Shown here piece by piece: positions 54,250 to 63,942 of a stretch of 64,000 bases of DNA. The position numbers were made by a program, and so were the translations under genes. The DNA is from a bacterium. Its GTDB lineage: Bacteria > Patescibacteriota > Minisyncoccia > Minisyncoccales > DG-74-3. How positions within the stretch are numbered: position 1 is the first letter of the stretch; each line of letters begins with the position of its first letter. The stretch spans positions 1,418-65,417 of the forward strand of contig JAUVYE010000001.1 of the NCBI GenBank assembly GCA_030603245.1. Direction: 5' to 3'. Under the pieces are notes generated by a model, which did no database searches, had not been told where the DNA came from, and saw nothing but the letters and a program-made list of their open reading frames with translations.

Positions 54250-55041
54250 ATGATAAAAAAAAGCACTATTTTAATAATCTTTGCAATTCTTATCAGCACA
54301 ATAATTCTCCTTAACAGGGACAAGCCATCTTTAGAAAATGCTCAAGATCCTCTTTTGAAAGCAATTCAAGACCGGGGTGAAATTATTATAGGCACTGATG
54401 CTACTTATCCACCCATGGAAAGTATTGATGAACTGGGAAATTTTTTAGGCATGGACATAGATATAGCTAATGAAATTGCATTAGATCTTAATGTGAAAGC
54501 AAGTTTTGTAAACATTGCCTGGGAAGATATTTTTGATGCAGTAAGAGAGAGCAGGGTAGACATAATAATATCTTCCATTACCATAACCAGCGAGAGGATT
54601 AGGATTATGGATTTTTCCGACCCTTATTTTAATGCCGGTCAAGTAGTTATTGTTAAAATAGGCATTAAAGATATTGAAGGAGTAGAAGACCTAAAGAACT
54701 ATAATGTAGGTGTTCAACTAGGAACAACTAGTGAGCAGGAAGTTAAAAAATATGTTAGTGACCCATCTTTTATAAAGACCTATGAAAATTATTATATAGC
54801 TAAAAATGATTTATTGAATGGAAAAATTGATGCTATTGTAACTGATTATCCAGGAGCAGTTGGATTAATAGCTCAAGAAGAAAGTTTAGAGATAGTAGGG
54901 GAACCTTTTACTCAAGAATTTTATGGTGTAGTTATACAAAAAGATCAACAGGTTTTGCTTACTCAAATTAATAACACTATAAGGCGCCTTAAAAGAGAAG
55001 GAAAGTTTAAGGTTTTAGAGCAAAAGTGGTTGGTTCAATAA
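54250..55041 (+). CDS. Family-3 solute-binding protein (amino-acid-type periplasmic binding domain), lipoprotein/anchored
   Basis: SBP_bac_3-type motifs (IIIGTDATYPPME, DIIISSITITSERI). No ABC transporter permease or ATPase gene is adjacent. Confidence 0.7.
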   Translation: MIKKSTILIIFAILISTIILLNRDKPSLENAQDPLLKAIQDRGEIIIGTDATYPPMESIDELGNFLGMDIDIANEIALDLNVKASFVNIAWEDIFDAVRESRVDIIISSITITSERIRIMDFSDPYFNAGQVVIVKIGIKDIEGVEDLKNYNVGVQLGTTSEQEVKKYVSDPSFIKTYENYYIAKNDLLNGKIDAIVTDYPGAVGLIAQEESLEIVGEPFTQEFYGVVIQKDQQVLLTQINNTIRRLKREGKFKVLEQKWLVQ

Positions 55042-55065
55042 ATAAAACCAAAATTTGTTTTTTTA

Positions 55066-55995
55066 ATGACAATTAAACTTAATCTTCAGTTTAAATTACT
55101 TATTGCTGTTGCTACAGTTATTATTGTGGCTCTAGTTAGCTTGGGTTATCTTACTATCAAGACCCAAGAAGAATTTTATCAGACTCTTTTTCAGGATTCA
55201 GCTATTACTTTGGCTCAGGCATTAGATGCTGGCATTGGTAGTAAAGAAGAACTAAAAGATATTAGTAAGCTGCAATCTGATATTTATAAAACCATATGGC
55301 TTAATTCTAATATTGTACAGATTAGTATTAGCTTACCTACGGATCATGGTTTCCGGATTGTGGCATCTAATAACACTTCTTTAATAAACACTATTGCAAT
55401 TCCAGAGTATCTATCCTCTTATCAAGAAGGAGTAATTTTAACGCATATCTTAACTGATATAGATGGGAAGAGAATATTTAGAGTGATTACTCCGGTTCAT
55501 GTAGGGGGTCAGCGAGTTGGGACATATGATTTAAGGTTGTCATTAGAGTCTTCGGAAAAAAACATTACTGAAACACAAAACATACTTTTATTTGGTGTAC
55601 TAATAACTATTTTAATAATTATCTATACACTTTCTCTTTTGATAAAAAAGACAGTAATAGTTCCGATTAAAGAATTAGAAAAAGGAATTAAAAGAATAGG
55701 TGCCGGTGATTTAGATTATAGAATAGATATTGGCGGAGGAGATGAAATGGAAAACTTGGCTTTTGGGCTTAATGTAATGGCTTCTAAATTAAAAAATAGA
55801 AAAGAAGACTTAGCAAGAGAAAAAACATATTTAGAAGAAAAAGTTAAACAAAGAACAAAAGAGCTTCAAGAAAGAGTTAACGAGCTAGAAAGTTTTCATA
55901 AATTAACCATAGACAGAGAGTTAAAAATGATAGAATTAAAAGATGAGATTAAGAGATTAAAAGTAAAAAAACAAAAAAGGTCGAAAAAATTATAA
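55066..55995 (+). CDS. Membrane sensor with extracytoplasmic domain and HAMP domain, ending in the same coiled-coil tail (no output domain)
   Basis: TM1, a ~150-aa extracytoplasmic region, TM2, a HAMP domain (GDLDYRIDIGGGDEMENLAFGLNVMASKL), then the tail KVKQRTKELQERVNELESFHKLTIDRELKMIELKDEIKRLK. Confidence 0.55.
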   Translation: MTIKLNLQFKLLIAVATVIIVALVSLGYLTIKTQEEFYQTLFQDSAITLAQALDAGIGSKEELKDISKLQSDIYKTIWLNSNIVQISISLPTDHGFRIVASNNTSLINTIAIPEYLSSYQEGVILTHILTDIDGKRIFRVITPVHVGGQRVGTYDLRLSLESSEKNITETQNILLFGVLITILIIIYTLSLLIKKTVIVPIKELEKGIKRIGAGDLDYRIDIGGGDEMENLAFGLNVMASKLKNRKEDLAREKTYLEEKVKQRTKELQERVNELESFHKLTIDRELKMIELKDEIKRLKVKKQKRSKKL

Positions 55996-56023
55996 TTAAA
56001 AGAAGAAATTTATAAATGTATAT

Positions 56024-57214
56024 ATGATTAAAGCAGGTATAGGAAAAAGTAATAATCCCGATGCTTTTAAAGCCGGAGCTGAAGCATGTGAGCAAGCTAT
56101 GAAGCAAATTAGTGGAGAACCAAAATTTATTCTAGCTTTTTCTACAGTTTCCTACGACCAAGAAAAGGCTCTTGAGGGAGTAAGATCCGTATCTGGTCAG
56201 GTCTCTTTGGTGGGATGTAGCGATGCTGGAGAAATTACTACTGAAGGACCAGTATTAAAACATATAGTTGTTATGGCCCTTGATTCATCTGATATTGGGT
56301 GGACAATTGGGGTGGGAAAAGGCACAATCAAAGATTCTTTTCAAGCAGGAAAAGAAGCAGCTGAAAGTGTGAAAAGTAATGCCAAGAAACCAATTTCTTT
56401 GTTTATAATGCTTTTAGATGGTTTGTCAGAAAATGGAGCAGCAGCAGTAAGAGGGGCTCAGGAGGTTTTAGGGAAAAATTTTCCCATTATGGGTGGTTCA
56501 GCGGGAGATGATTTTCTTTTTGAAAAAACCTATCAATATCACAATGATAAAGTTTTAAATGATACTGTTATAGGAATAGGGCTTTCTGGAGAATTCTCTT
56601 TTGGTGTAGGAGTGCGGCATGGTTGGGAACCAATTGGTCTACCAATGAAAGTCACAAAAGCCGAAGGAGCAAAATTAATTGAAATAGATGATCGTCCTGC
56701 CCTTTCTATTTACGAGGACTATTTTGGTAAAAAGGCCGAAGAATTAACTAAAGAGCCGATTGCCAAAATGGCTTATACTTATCCTTTGGGAATGAGCGTT
56801 AAGGGAAGTTCCGAGCTTTTGATTCGAGATGTGGTGATTGCTAATGAAAAAGGAGAAATTAATTGCGCGGCTGAAATTCCCCAAGGGGTTGAGATTCGAT
56901 TAATGTTAGGAGATTCAGAAAAAGCCATTCAAGCTGCTAGAGAAGCAGCAGAAGGAGCTCTAGCTCAACTTAAAGGAGTAAAACCAAAAGTGATTTTTGT
57001 ATTTAATTGCATAGCAAGATGGAAGCTCTTGGGACCAAAAATAGGGGAAGAGATTAAAGTTATTCAAGAAGTTTTAGGAAAAGAAGTTCCTTTGATTGGT
57101 TTTTATACTTATGGAGAGATAGCTCCGCTGGGAGGATTGTTAGGTTCAGAGTGCTTTTCCGTATTTCATAACGAAACAATGACTCTACTCGTCTTGGGAG
57201 AAAAAAATCAATAA
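56024..57214 (+). CDS. FIST-domain sensory protein (FIST_N + FIST_C)
   Basis: Begins GIGKSNNPDAFKAGAEA... with overall FIST architecture (~396 aa). Confidence 0.65.
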   Translation: MIKAGIGKSNNPDAFKAGAEACEQAMKQISGEPKFILAFSTVSYDQEKALEGVRSVSGQVSLVGCSDAGEITTEGPVLKHIVVMALDSSDIGWTIGVGKGTIKDSFQAGKEAAESVKSNAKKPISLFIMLLDGLSENGAAAVRGAQEVLGKNFPIMGGSAGDDFLFEKTYQYHNDKVLNDTVIGIGLSGEFSFGVGVRHGWEPIGLPMKVTKAEGAKLIEIDDRPALSIYEDYFGKKAEELTKEPIAKMAYTYPLGMSVKGSSELLIRDVVIANEKGEINCAAEIPQGVEIRLMLGDSEKAIQAAREAAEGALAQLKGVKPKVIFVFNCIARWKLLGPKIGEEIKVIQEVLGKEVPLIGFYTYGEIAPLGGLLGSECFSVFHNETMTLLVLGEKNQ

Positions 57215-57255
57215 ATTCTAAGGTTTTAGTGCAAGAAGATTAAAGCAAGAATATT

Positions 57256-58536
57256 ATGGTAAGGTTTTTAGGTTTTGGCTTCAACGGTAAAAAAACAAAA
57301 AAGCAGATTAAAACAATAGAAGAACTGGATAGAATTGCTAAAAAGCTTATCCGAAGGGATTTAGAATTGTCTTTAATACGAGAAAAAAGAGAAAAAGAAT
57401 TTAAAGAAATTGAAGCCAAGACAAAAGACTTAGAAGAGGCCAGAAAAGGATTGCTGAATATGTTGGAAGATGTAGCGGGGTCAAGGAGAGAAGTAGAAGA
57501 AGAAAGAAATAAAACCTTAGCAATTATTAGTAATTTTACTGACGGCCTTTTGGTTTTTGATGAACAAAAAAGACTTTCTTTAATTAATCCCCAGGCAGAG
57601 AAGTTTTTAGGAATTAAATCAAAGAAGGTTATTGGCAAAACAATAAGCGCAATAGGTAGAATGTCGAGTCTTAAAGGGTTAGTAAAACTGTTAGGTAAAG
57701 AAATTAATCCTATTTTTAGGAAAGAACTGGAAGTAAAAGACGATTTGGTTTTAGAGGTTTCTGTTCTTGCCATATCAAGAGAAGAGCAAATTGAAAACTT
57801 AGTGGTTTTGCACAACATTACTCGAGAGAAATTAGTTGAAAGAATGAAAACAGAGTTTGTTTCTATTACTGCCCATCAACTCAGGACTCCGTTGTCGGCA
57901 ATCAAGTGGACGCTTAAGATGTTATTAGATGAAGATTTAGGAAAAATTACCGAAGAGCAAAGAGAGTTTATTGAAAAAACATATCAATCAAATGAAAGAA
58001 TGATTAGTTTAATCAATGATCTTCTAAACGTTACTAGAATAGAAGAAGGTAGATATGTTTATAATCCTGTTTTGTCTAACATAACAAAGTTAGTTGAATC
58101 TTTAATAGACCAATATAAAGACGAGATTAGTATAAAAAATATTAATCTTGAGTTTAAAAAACCAAAGAAACAACTACCTAAAGTATTAATAGATGTTGAA
58201 AAAATCAATTTGGCTGTTCAAAATCTTTTAGACAACGCCATTCAATATAATAAGCTTGGAGGTAGTATAAAGATTTCTCTTAAATCTAATAAAAAGGAAA
58301 TTGAATTCAGTATTGAAGATTCTGGGGTTGGAATTCCTAAAAAACAAGAAAAAAGGATATTCACGAAATTTTTCCGCGCAGCCAATGTTATGAGAATGGA
58401 TACTAGAGGCTCAGGTCTCGGGCTGTTTATTGTTAAGAATATAATTGAAGCTCACAAGGGTAGAATTTGGTTTAAATCCAAAGAAAGAAAGGGTACAATT
58501 TTCTACTTCACCTTGCCTGTTCCTATTTACAAATAA
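57256..58536 (+). CDS. Soluble sensor histidine kinase (N-terminal coiled coil, PAS, HisKA, HATPase_c)
   Basis: H-box ITAHQLRTPLSAIKW. N, G1 and G2 boxes (LLDNAIQYN, DSGVGIP, GSGLGL). No TM segments. N-terminal LNMLEDV-type coiled coil. Confidence 0.85.
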   Translation: MVRFLGFGFNGKKTKKQIKTIEELDRIAKKLIRRDLELSLIREKREKEFKEIEAKTKDLEEARKGLLNMLEDVAGSRREVEEERNKTLAIISNFTDGLLVFDEQKRLSLINPQAEKFLGIKSKKVIGKTISAIGRMSSLKGLVKLLGKEINPIFRKELEVKDDLVLEVSVLAISREEQIENLVVLHNITREKLVERMKTEFVSITAHQLRTPLSAIKWTLKMLLDEDLGKITEEQREFIEKTYQSNERMISLINDLLNVTRIEEGRYVYNPVLSNITKLVESLIDQYKDEISIKNINLEFKKPKKQLPKVLIDVEKINLAVQNLLDNAIQYNKLGGSIKISLKSNKKEIEFSIEDSGVGIPKKQEKRIFTKFFRAANVMRMDTRGSGLGLFIVKNIIEAHKGRIWFKSKERKGTIFYFTLPVPIYK

Positions 58537-58562
58537 GTTTTAATAAATTAAAATGAATTAAT

Positions 58563-58934
58563 ATGGCTAAGAAAATTTTAATTATAGAAGACGAAAAAAT
58601 CATCTGTGATCTTCTGGAGAGAAAGTTAACAAGAGAAGGATATAGCGTGGTAATAGCCACTAATGGAATAGATGGTTTGGTTAAGATGAGAGAAGATCGA
58701 CCAGACATTGTTTTGTTAGATATTATCATGCCTAAAATGGGAGGGTTTGAAGTAATGGAAGAAATGAATAAAGATGAGACGTTAAAAGACATTCCAGTAA
58801 TTGTTGTTTCTAATTCTGGTCAGCCAGTAGAGATTGATCGGATTAAGAAAATGGGCGCTAAAGATTGGTTGATAAAAACTGAATTTGATCCTCAGGAGGT
58901 GCTGGAGAAAGTGAAAAAACAAATAGGAATTTAG
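58563..58934 (+). CDS. Single-domain response regulator (CheY-like receiver)
   Basis: Receiver motifs (ILIIEDE, DIVLLDIIMP, K in KDWLIK). No output domain. Confidence 0.8.
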   Translation: MAKKILIIEDEKIICDLLERKLTREGYSVVIATNGIDGLVKMREDRPDIVLLDIIMPKMGGFEVMEEMNKDETLKDIPVIVVSNSGQPVEIDRIKKMGAKDWLIKTEFDPQEVLEKVKKQIGI

Positions 58935-58942
58935 TTTATTTT

Positions 58943-59305
58943 ATGAAGAAAATTTTGATAGTTGAAGACGACAAGTTTTTAAGGGAGTTGATTGCTCGAA
59001 AGGTTATTGATGAAGGCTTTGATGTTTCTGAGGCGATTGGTGGAGAAGAAGGAATTAAAAAAATCAAAGAAGAAAAACCAGACATGGTTTTACTAGACCT
59101 TATTTTACCTGGTATAGATGGTTTTGAAGTGTTGGCCCGCATGAAAGAAGATCCAGCTTTATCTTCTATTCCGGTAATTATTTTCTCTAATTTGGGTCAA
59201 AAGGAAGATATAGAAAAGGGGTTGAAATTAGGAGCAATAGATTATCTAATTAAGGCCCATTTTACCCCTGGCGAAATTATTGAAAAGATTAAAGCTAATT
59301 TATAA
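58943..59305 (+). CDS. Single-domain response regulator (CheY-like receiver), second copy
   Basis: Receiver motifs (ILIVEDD, DMVLLDLILP). No output domain. Confidence 0.8.
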   Translation: MKKILIVEDDKFLRELIARKVIDEGFDVSEAIGGEEGIKKIKEEKPDMVLLDLILPGIDGFEVLARMKEDPALSSIPVIIFSNLGQKEDIEKGLKLGAIDYLIKAHFTPGEIIEKIKANL

Positions 59306-59314
59306 GGGTTTTGC

Positions 59315-60271
59315 ATGGTTATTTTTCTTTACGGACAAGATACTTACCGACTAACTCAAAAATTAAGGGAAATAATTGAAGAATATAAAAAAATCCACAA
59401 GAGTGGACTTAATTTAAGGTTTCTTGATTTTAGTGGGTTAGCCGAAGAGTTGAATTTTCAAGATTTTAAAGACGCTTTTCAGCAAAGGTCAATATTCAAG
59501 GAAAAAAGATTAATAGTCTTAACAAATATTTTTTCCAATAAAGATCTTAAACAAAGTTTTCTAAAAAACATTAAAAACCTTGCTGATTCCAAAGACGTGA
59601 TTGTCATTTCTGAGAAAAATAAAATCTTAGCTAATGATCCTTTATTTAAAATTTTAAAAAAGAAAGTAATCTGTCAAGAATTTAAACCTCTTGAGGGACA
59701 AAGTTTAGAAAATTGGGTCAAAAAAGAAATTCAGAAATATAGAGTAAAAATTGAACCAGAAGCACTACAACAAATAATTAATTTCATTGGCAATGATCTT
59801 TGGCGATTTTCTAATGAAATTAAAAAATTAGTTAACTATAAAGGTAAAAATTCAAATCTAATAATTACAAAACAAGATATTGAACTTTTAATTAGACCTA
59901 AGATTGAACCTGATATTTTTCAAACAATAAATTTTTTAGCATCAAAAAATAAAAAACAGGCATTGAGTTTATTGAAAAAACACTTAGAAAAAGGAGATAG
60001 TCCTCTGTATTTACTTTCAATGATTAGTTTTCAATTTAGAAATCTTTTGATGATTCGTGAGCTTATTGATAAAAATAGACCATATTTTGTTATTTCAAAA
60101 GAAACAAAACTCCATCCATATGTTGTTAAGAAAAGCCATGCTCAAGCTCAAAGATTTTCTCTTTCTGAATTGAAAAAAATCTACCAAAAAATATTTGAGG
60201 TAGATTTGAATATTAAGACCGGAAAATTAGAACCAGAAACAGCTCTTGAACTATTGATTACTCAAATTTAA
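59315..60271 (+). CDS. holA: DNA polymerase III delta subunit
   Basis: Start MVIFLYGQDTYRL, 318 aa with a C-terminal helical domain, typical of HolA. Confidence 0.6.
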   Translation: MVIFLYGQDTYRLTQKLREIIEEYKKIHKSGLNLRFLDFSGLAEELNFQDFKDAFQQRSIFKEKRLIVLTNIFSNKDLKQSFLKNIKNLADSKDVIVISEKNKILANDPLFKILKKKVICQEFKPLEGQSLENWVKKEIQKYRVKIEPEALQQIINFIGNDLWRFSNEIKKLVNYKGKNSNLIITKQDIELLIRPKIEPDIFQTINFLASKNKKQALSLLKKHLEKGDSPLYLLSMISFQFRNLLMIRELIDKNRPYFVISKETKLHPYVVKKSHAQAQRFSLSELKKIYQKIFEVDLNIKTGKLEPETALELLITQI

Positions 60272-60531
60272 GAGCTTTTACTTATTAGTTTAGTAATCCT
60301 TGATTTTTTTCTAGCAGCTGTATTTTTTTTGATCAATCCAGTTTTTGCTGCTTTATCTAATAATTTATAAATTTGAGACAGAATAGACTTTGCTTCTTTT
60401 ATCTTTTTTTCATCAAGAAATCTCCTTATTTTCTTAAAGGCTTTCTTGATCTTCTTTTTTTTCTGAACATTTCTAGCTTTTCTTGTTTCGCTTTGTCTCA
60501 AAGCTTTTTTTGCTGATTTAGTAATTGGCAT
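60268..60531 (-). CDS. rpsT: 30S ribosomal protein S20
   Basis: MPITKSAKKALRQSETRKARN... and a C-terminal AAKTGLIKKNTAARKKSR are typical of S20. The start is taken at the internal Met of the listed ORF. Confidence 0.85.
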   Translation of the reverse strand: MPITKSAKKALRQSETRKARNVQKKKKIKKAFKKIRRFLDEKKIKEAKSILSQIYKLLDKAAKTGLIKKNTAARKKSRITKLISKSS

Positions 60532-60590
60532 ATAAATTACCATTATCATTTTTTTTTATTTAAATCAACTCCTTATGTTTTGCCGAATAT

Positions 60591-61904
60591 ATGATTAGCA
60601 GATATAATGTTATTAGATACATGAAACATTTTCTTAAAAAATTTGTTCCTATATTTTTAATTGATAAATACCATTGGCTGCAAACATTTTTAGGGGCTTT
60701 TTGGTATAGATTTCCCTCTAAAAATATAAAGGTAATAGCAATTACAGGCACTAATGGGAAGTCTACAACGGTTGATCTCACAACCAGAATTTTAGAAGAA
60801 GCTGACTTTAAAGTGGCTTCTGCTTCTTCAATTAAGTTTAAAATTAAAAACAAAGATTGGCCAAATAAACTAAGAATGACCATGATGGGCGGTTTTCAAT
60901 TGCAAAAGTTTTTAAGGCAAGCAATAGATGCTGGTTGTGAATATGTTGTTTTAGAAATAACTTCAGAAGGAATAAAACAGTATCGCCACAAGTTTATCAA
61001 TTTTGAGTTAGCAGCTATAACCAACCTAACCCCAGAACATATTGAGTCCCACAAGGGGTTTGAGAATTATAAAAAAGCAAAAGGAAAACTATTTCAAGCA
61101 GTAAAAAACATTCATATTGTTAATTTAGACGATGAATATAGAAACTATTTTTTAAAATTTCCAGCAAATAAGAAATACGGTTATACAAAAGAATTAGGGG
61201 CACAGAGTACAAAGAGTAAAAAGACAACTCAAAACCTAAAAACTATTAAAGCAAAAAACTGTTCTGTGTTTGAGCAAGGAGTTAGTTTTTTTATTAATGA
61301 CGTGGAAATGAAATTAAATCTTTTAGGAGGTTTTAATATTTATAATGCTTTATTAGCAATTTGTATTGGGTTGTCTCAAGGAATTGATTTAAAAACCTGT
61401 CAAAAAGCATTAATTAAAACCAAAGGAATTCCTGGAAGAATGGAAACAGTAGTTTCTAAACCATTTAGAGTAATTGTTGATTATGCTTTTACTCCAAATG
61501 CTTTAGAACAAGTTTACAAAACAATTAAAAATAATTTTAATCCTCAAAAAATAATATGTGTCTTAGGTTCTTGTGGAGGAGGAAGAGATAAATGGAAAAG
61601 ACCTATTTTAGGGAAAATTGCAGCTAAATATTGTGATAAGATTATTGTTACTAATGAGGATTCGTATGATGAAGATCCAATGGAGATTATTAATCAAGTT
61701 TCTAAAGGCACTAAAGGAAAAGCGCTTAAGATATTAGAAAGGAGAGAAGCAATCAAAAAAGCTCTTAGTTTGGCAAAAGAAGATGACACAGTTATTATTA
61801 CAGGTAAGGGTTGTGAGCCCTCTATTTGTTTTGCTAAAGGAAAACAAATTCCCTGGGATGATAGAAAAGTAGCAAGAGAAGAGTTTAATTTATTGAAAAA
61901 ATAA
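60591..61904 (+). CDS. Mur ligase family protein (MurE/MurT-like; exact substrate unclear)
   Basis: ATP-binding loop IAITGTNGKSTT. Mur ligase central and C-terminal domains. Confidence 0.65.
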   Translation: MISRYNVIRYMKHFLKKFVPIFLIDKYHWLQTFLGAFWYRFPSKNIKVIAITGTNGKSTTVDLTTRILEEADFKVASASSIKFKIKNKDWPNKLRMTMMGGFQLQKFLRQAIDAGCEYVVLEITSEGIKQYRHKFINFELAAITNLTPEHIESHKGFENYKKAKGKLFQAVKNIHIVNLDDEYRNYFLKFPANKKYGYTKELGAQSTKSKKTTQNLKTIKAKNCSVFEQGVSFFINDVEMKLNLLGGFNIYNALLAICIGLSQGIDLKTCQKALIKTKGIPGRMETVVSKPFRVIVDYAFTPNALEQVYKTIKNNFNPQKIICVLGSCGGGRDKWKRPILGKIAAKYCDKIIVTNEDSYDEDPMEIINQVSKGTKGKALKILERREAIKKALSLAKEDDTVIITGKGCEPSICFAKGKQIPWDDRKVAREEFNLLKK

Positions 61905-61908
61905 ATCA

Positions 61909-63351
61909 ATGATATCAAAATCTAATTTTAAAAAAATAAATGATTATTTATGGGAAATACCCAGGAGTTTTAGATATGATATGAGAGTCCCAGCTAGGAT
62001 TTATACCTCAGAAAAAATGTTGGAAGATATTTTTCGAGACCGTTCTATTCCTCAATTAATAAATGGCACCACTCTACCAGGAATAATAAAATATGCTATT
62101 GCTATGCCTGATTGTCATGAGGGCTATAGTGTCCCAATTGGATTTGTCGGAGCAGTAAGAGTTTCAGATGGAGTTATATCGCCTGGAGCTTGTGGTTTTG
62201 ACATCAACTGTGGGATGAGAATATTAAAATCCAATTATACTGAACAAGAAATTAAACCACATTTAGATAAAATTGCCACTGAAATTCAAAGACAAGTGCC
62301 CTCTGGTTTGGGTAAAGGAAGAAAAATCAAATTAGGCGTTGATGAAGTTAATAAAATTTTAGAAATGGGCGTTCCCTATTTGGTTAAGAAGGGATACGGA
62401 GAAAAAGAAGACATTGAAAATTGTGAGTCTGAAGGAAGATTAGAACAAGCCGATGCCTCAACAGTTTCTGATAGGGCCAAGAACAGGGGAAGAGGACAGG
62501 TTGGTACTCTTGGATCTGGCAATCATTTTATGGAAATCCAGAAAGTGGAACAAATTTTTGATGAAAAAACAGCTAATGTATTTGGATTATTTCAAAATCA
62601 GGTAGTAATAATGATTCACACTGGTTCAAGGGGCTTAGGACACCAAGTTTGTACAGATTATTTAAGAACAATGATTCCAGCAATGCAAAGATATAAAATT
62701 AAGATGCCAGATAGAGAATTTGCTTGTGTTCCTTTTAAATCAGCTGAAGGGCAAAAATATTTTTCAGCCATGGCTGCGGCTGCTAATTATGCCTGGTCAA
62801 ATCGTCATATGATAGCTTATTATATAAGAGGGTCCTGGAAAAAAATATTAGGGGAGAAAGAGGAACTTGAATTATTATATGATGTTGCTCATAACATTAT
62901 TAAAAGAGAAAATCACTTAATTGATGGACAAGAAACAGAAGTTATTGTTCATCGAAAAGGTTCAACCCGTGCCTTTCCTCCTAAACATCCTGAAATTCCT
63001 GAAAAATACAAAGAGGTTGGACAGCCGGTTATAATTCCAGGGACCATGGGAACTGCTTCTTATATTTTAGCTGGTACAGAAAAATCTCAAGAAGCGTGGT
63101 ATACTGTAAATCATGGTGCTGGTCGAATAATGTCTCGAGGAGCAGCCAGAAGAAGATTTTCTGGCCAACAGGTTATTCAAGAGTTAGAAGCAAAAGGAAT
63201 TATAGTAAAATATCAAAGACCAAGAGGCATTGTTGAAGAAGCGCCTTTAGCTTATAAAGACGTTGATAGTGTGGTAGAAATAGTAGATAAAGCTGGTTTG
63301 GCTAAAAAAGTAGCTAAATTAATTCCTTTAGCAGTTATTAAAGGAGAATAA
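61909..63351 (+). CDS. rtcB: RNA-splicing ligase RtcB
   Basis: Metal-binding motifs of RtcB (AMPDCHEGYS, GSGNHF, HNI, TVNHGAGR). Confidence 0.9.
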   Translation: MISKSNFKKINDYLWEIPRSFRYDMRVPARIYTSEKMLEDIFRDRSIPQLINGTTLPGIIKYAIAMPDCHEGYSVPIGFVGAVRVSDGVISPGACGFDINCGMRILKSNYTEQEIKPHLDKIATEIQRQVPSGLGKGRKIKLGVDEVNKILEMGVPYLVKKGYGEKEDIENCESEGRLEQADASTVSDRAKNRGRGQVGTLGSGNHFMEIQKVEQIFDEKTANVFGLFQNQVVIMIHTGSRGLGHQVCTDYLRTMIPAMQRYKIKMPDREFACVPFKSAEGQKYFSAMAAAANYAWSNRHMIAYYIRGSWKKILGEKEELELLYDVAHNIIKRENHLIDGQETEVIVHRKGSTRAFPPKHPEIPEKYKEVGQPVIIPGTMGTASYILAGTEKSQEAWYTVNHGAGRIMSRGAARRRFSGQQVIQELEAKGIIVKYQRPRGIVEEAPLAYKDVDSVVEIVDKAGLAKKVAKLIPLAVIKGE

Positions 63352-63387
63352 TTAAAAGGTCGTAATATATTTTAAAATTTATTTTAT

Positions 63388-63942
63388 ATGGAAATAATTA
63401 ATATTATTTTAATCGTTGTTGCTGTTTTGATTCTTTGGGTTATTGGCATTTTTAACGCTTTAATAAAACTTCGCAATAGGACCAAAGAAGCCTGGGCAGA
63501 TATTGATGTTCAGTTAAAGCGCAGATATAATTTAATTCCTAATTTAGTAGAAGCAGTTAAGGGTTATGCAACTCACGAAAGAGAACTTTTTCAAAAAGTA
63601 ACTGAAGCCAGAAATAGAGCAATGGGAACTCAGAACCCTAAAGAAAAGGGAGAAGCAGAGAATACTTTAACTGGTACACTTAAAACCCTTTTTGCCGTAG
63701 CTGAAAATTATCCTCAATTGAGGGCCTCAGAAAACTTCCTTGAGCTTCAGAGAGAACTTAGAGATGCTGAAGACAAAATTCAAGCAGCCAGAAGATTTTA
63801 TAACAGCAATGTCAGAGATCTGAACATTAAAATTGAAAGCTTTCCAAATAGTATAATCGCTAAACTTTTCAATTTTAAACAAATGGAGTTGTTTGAATTA
63901 ACAGCAGTTGCTGAGAGAGAAGTGCCAACTGTAAAATTCTAA
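63388..63942 (+). CDS. lemA: LemA-family membrane protein
   Basis: N-terminal TM followed by a conserved LemA core (WADIDVQLKRRYNLIPNLVE...AENYPQLRASENF). Confidence 0.85.
   Translation: MEIINIILIVVAVLILWVIGIFNALIKLRNRTKEAWADIDVQLKRRYNLIPNLVEAVKGYATHERELFQKVTEARNRAMGTQNPKEKGEAENTLTGTLKTLFAVAENYPQLRASENFLELQRELRDAEDKIQAARRFYNSNVRDLNIKIESFPNSIIAKLFNFKQMELFELTAVAEREVPTVKF

Noticed and set aside
57240-57818. 192-aa minus-strand Ser/Leu-rich ORF overlapping the histidine kinase 5' region
   Set aside because: Antisense to a strongly supported kinase gene. Low-complexity.
60560-60883. 107-aa minus-strand ORF overlapping the Mur ligase gene start
   Set aside because: Antisense overlap with a Mur ligase carrying a clear P-loop. 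No motifs.
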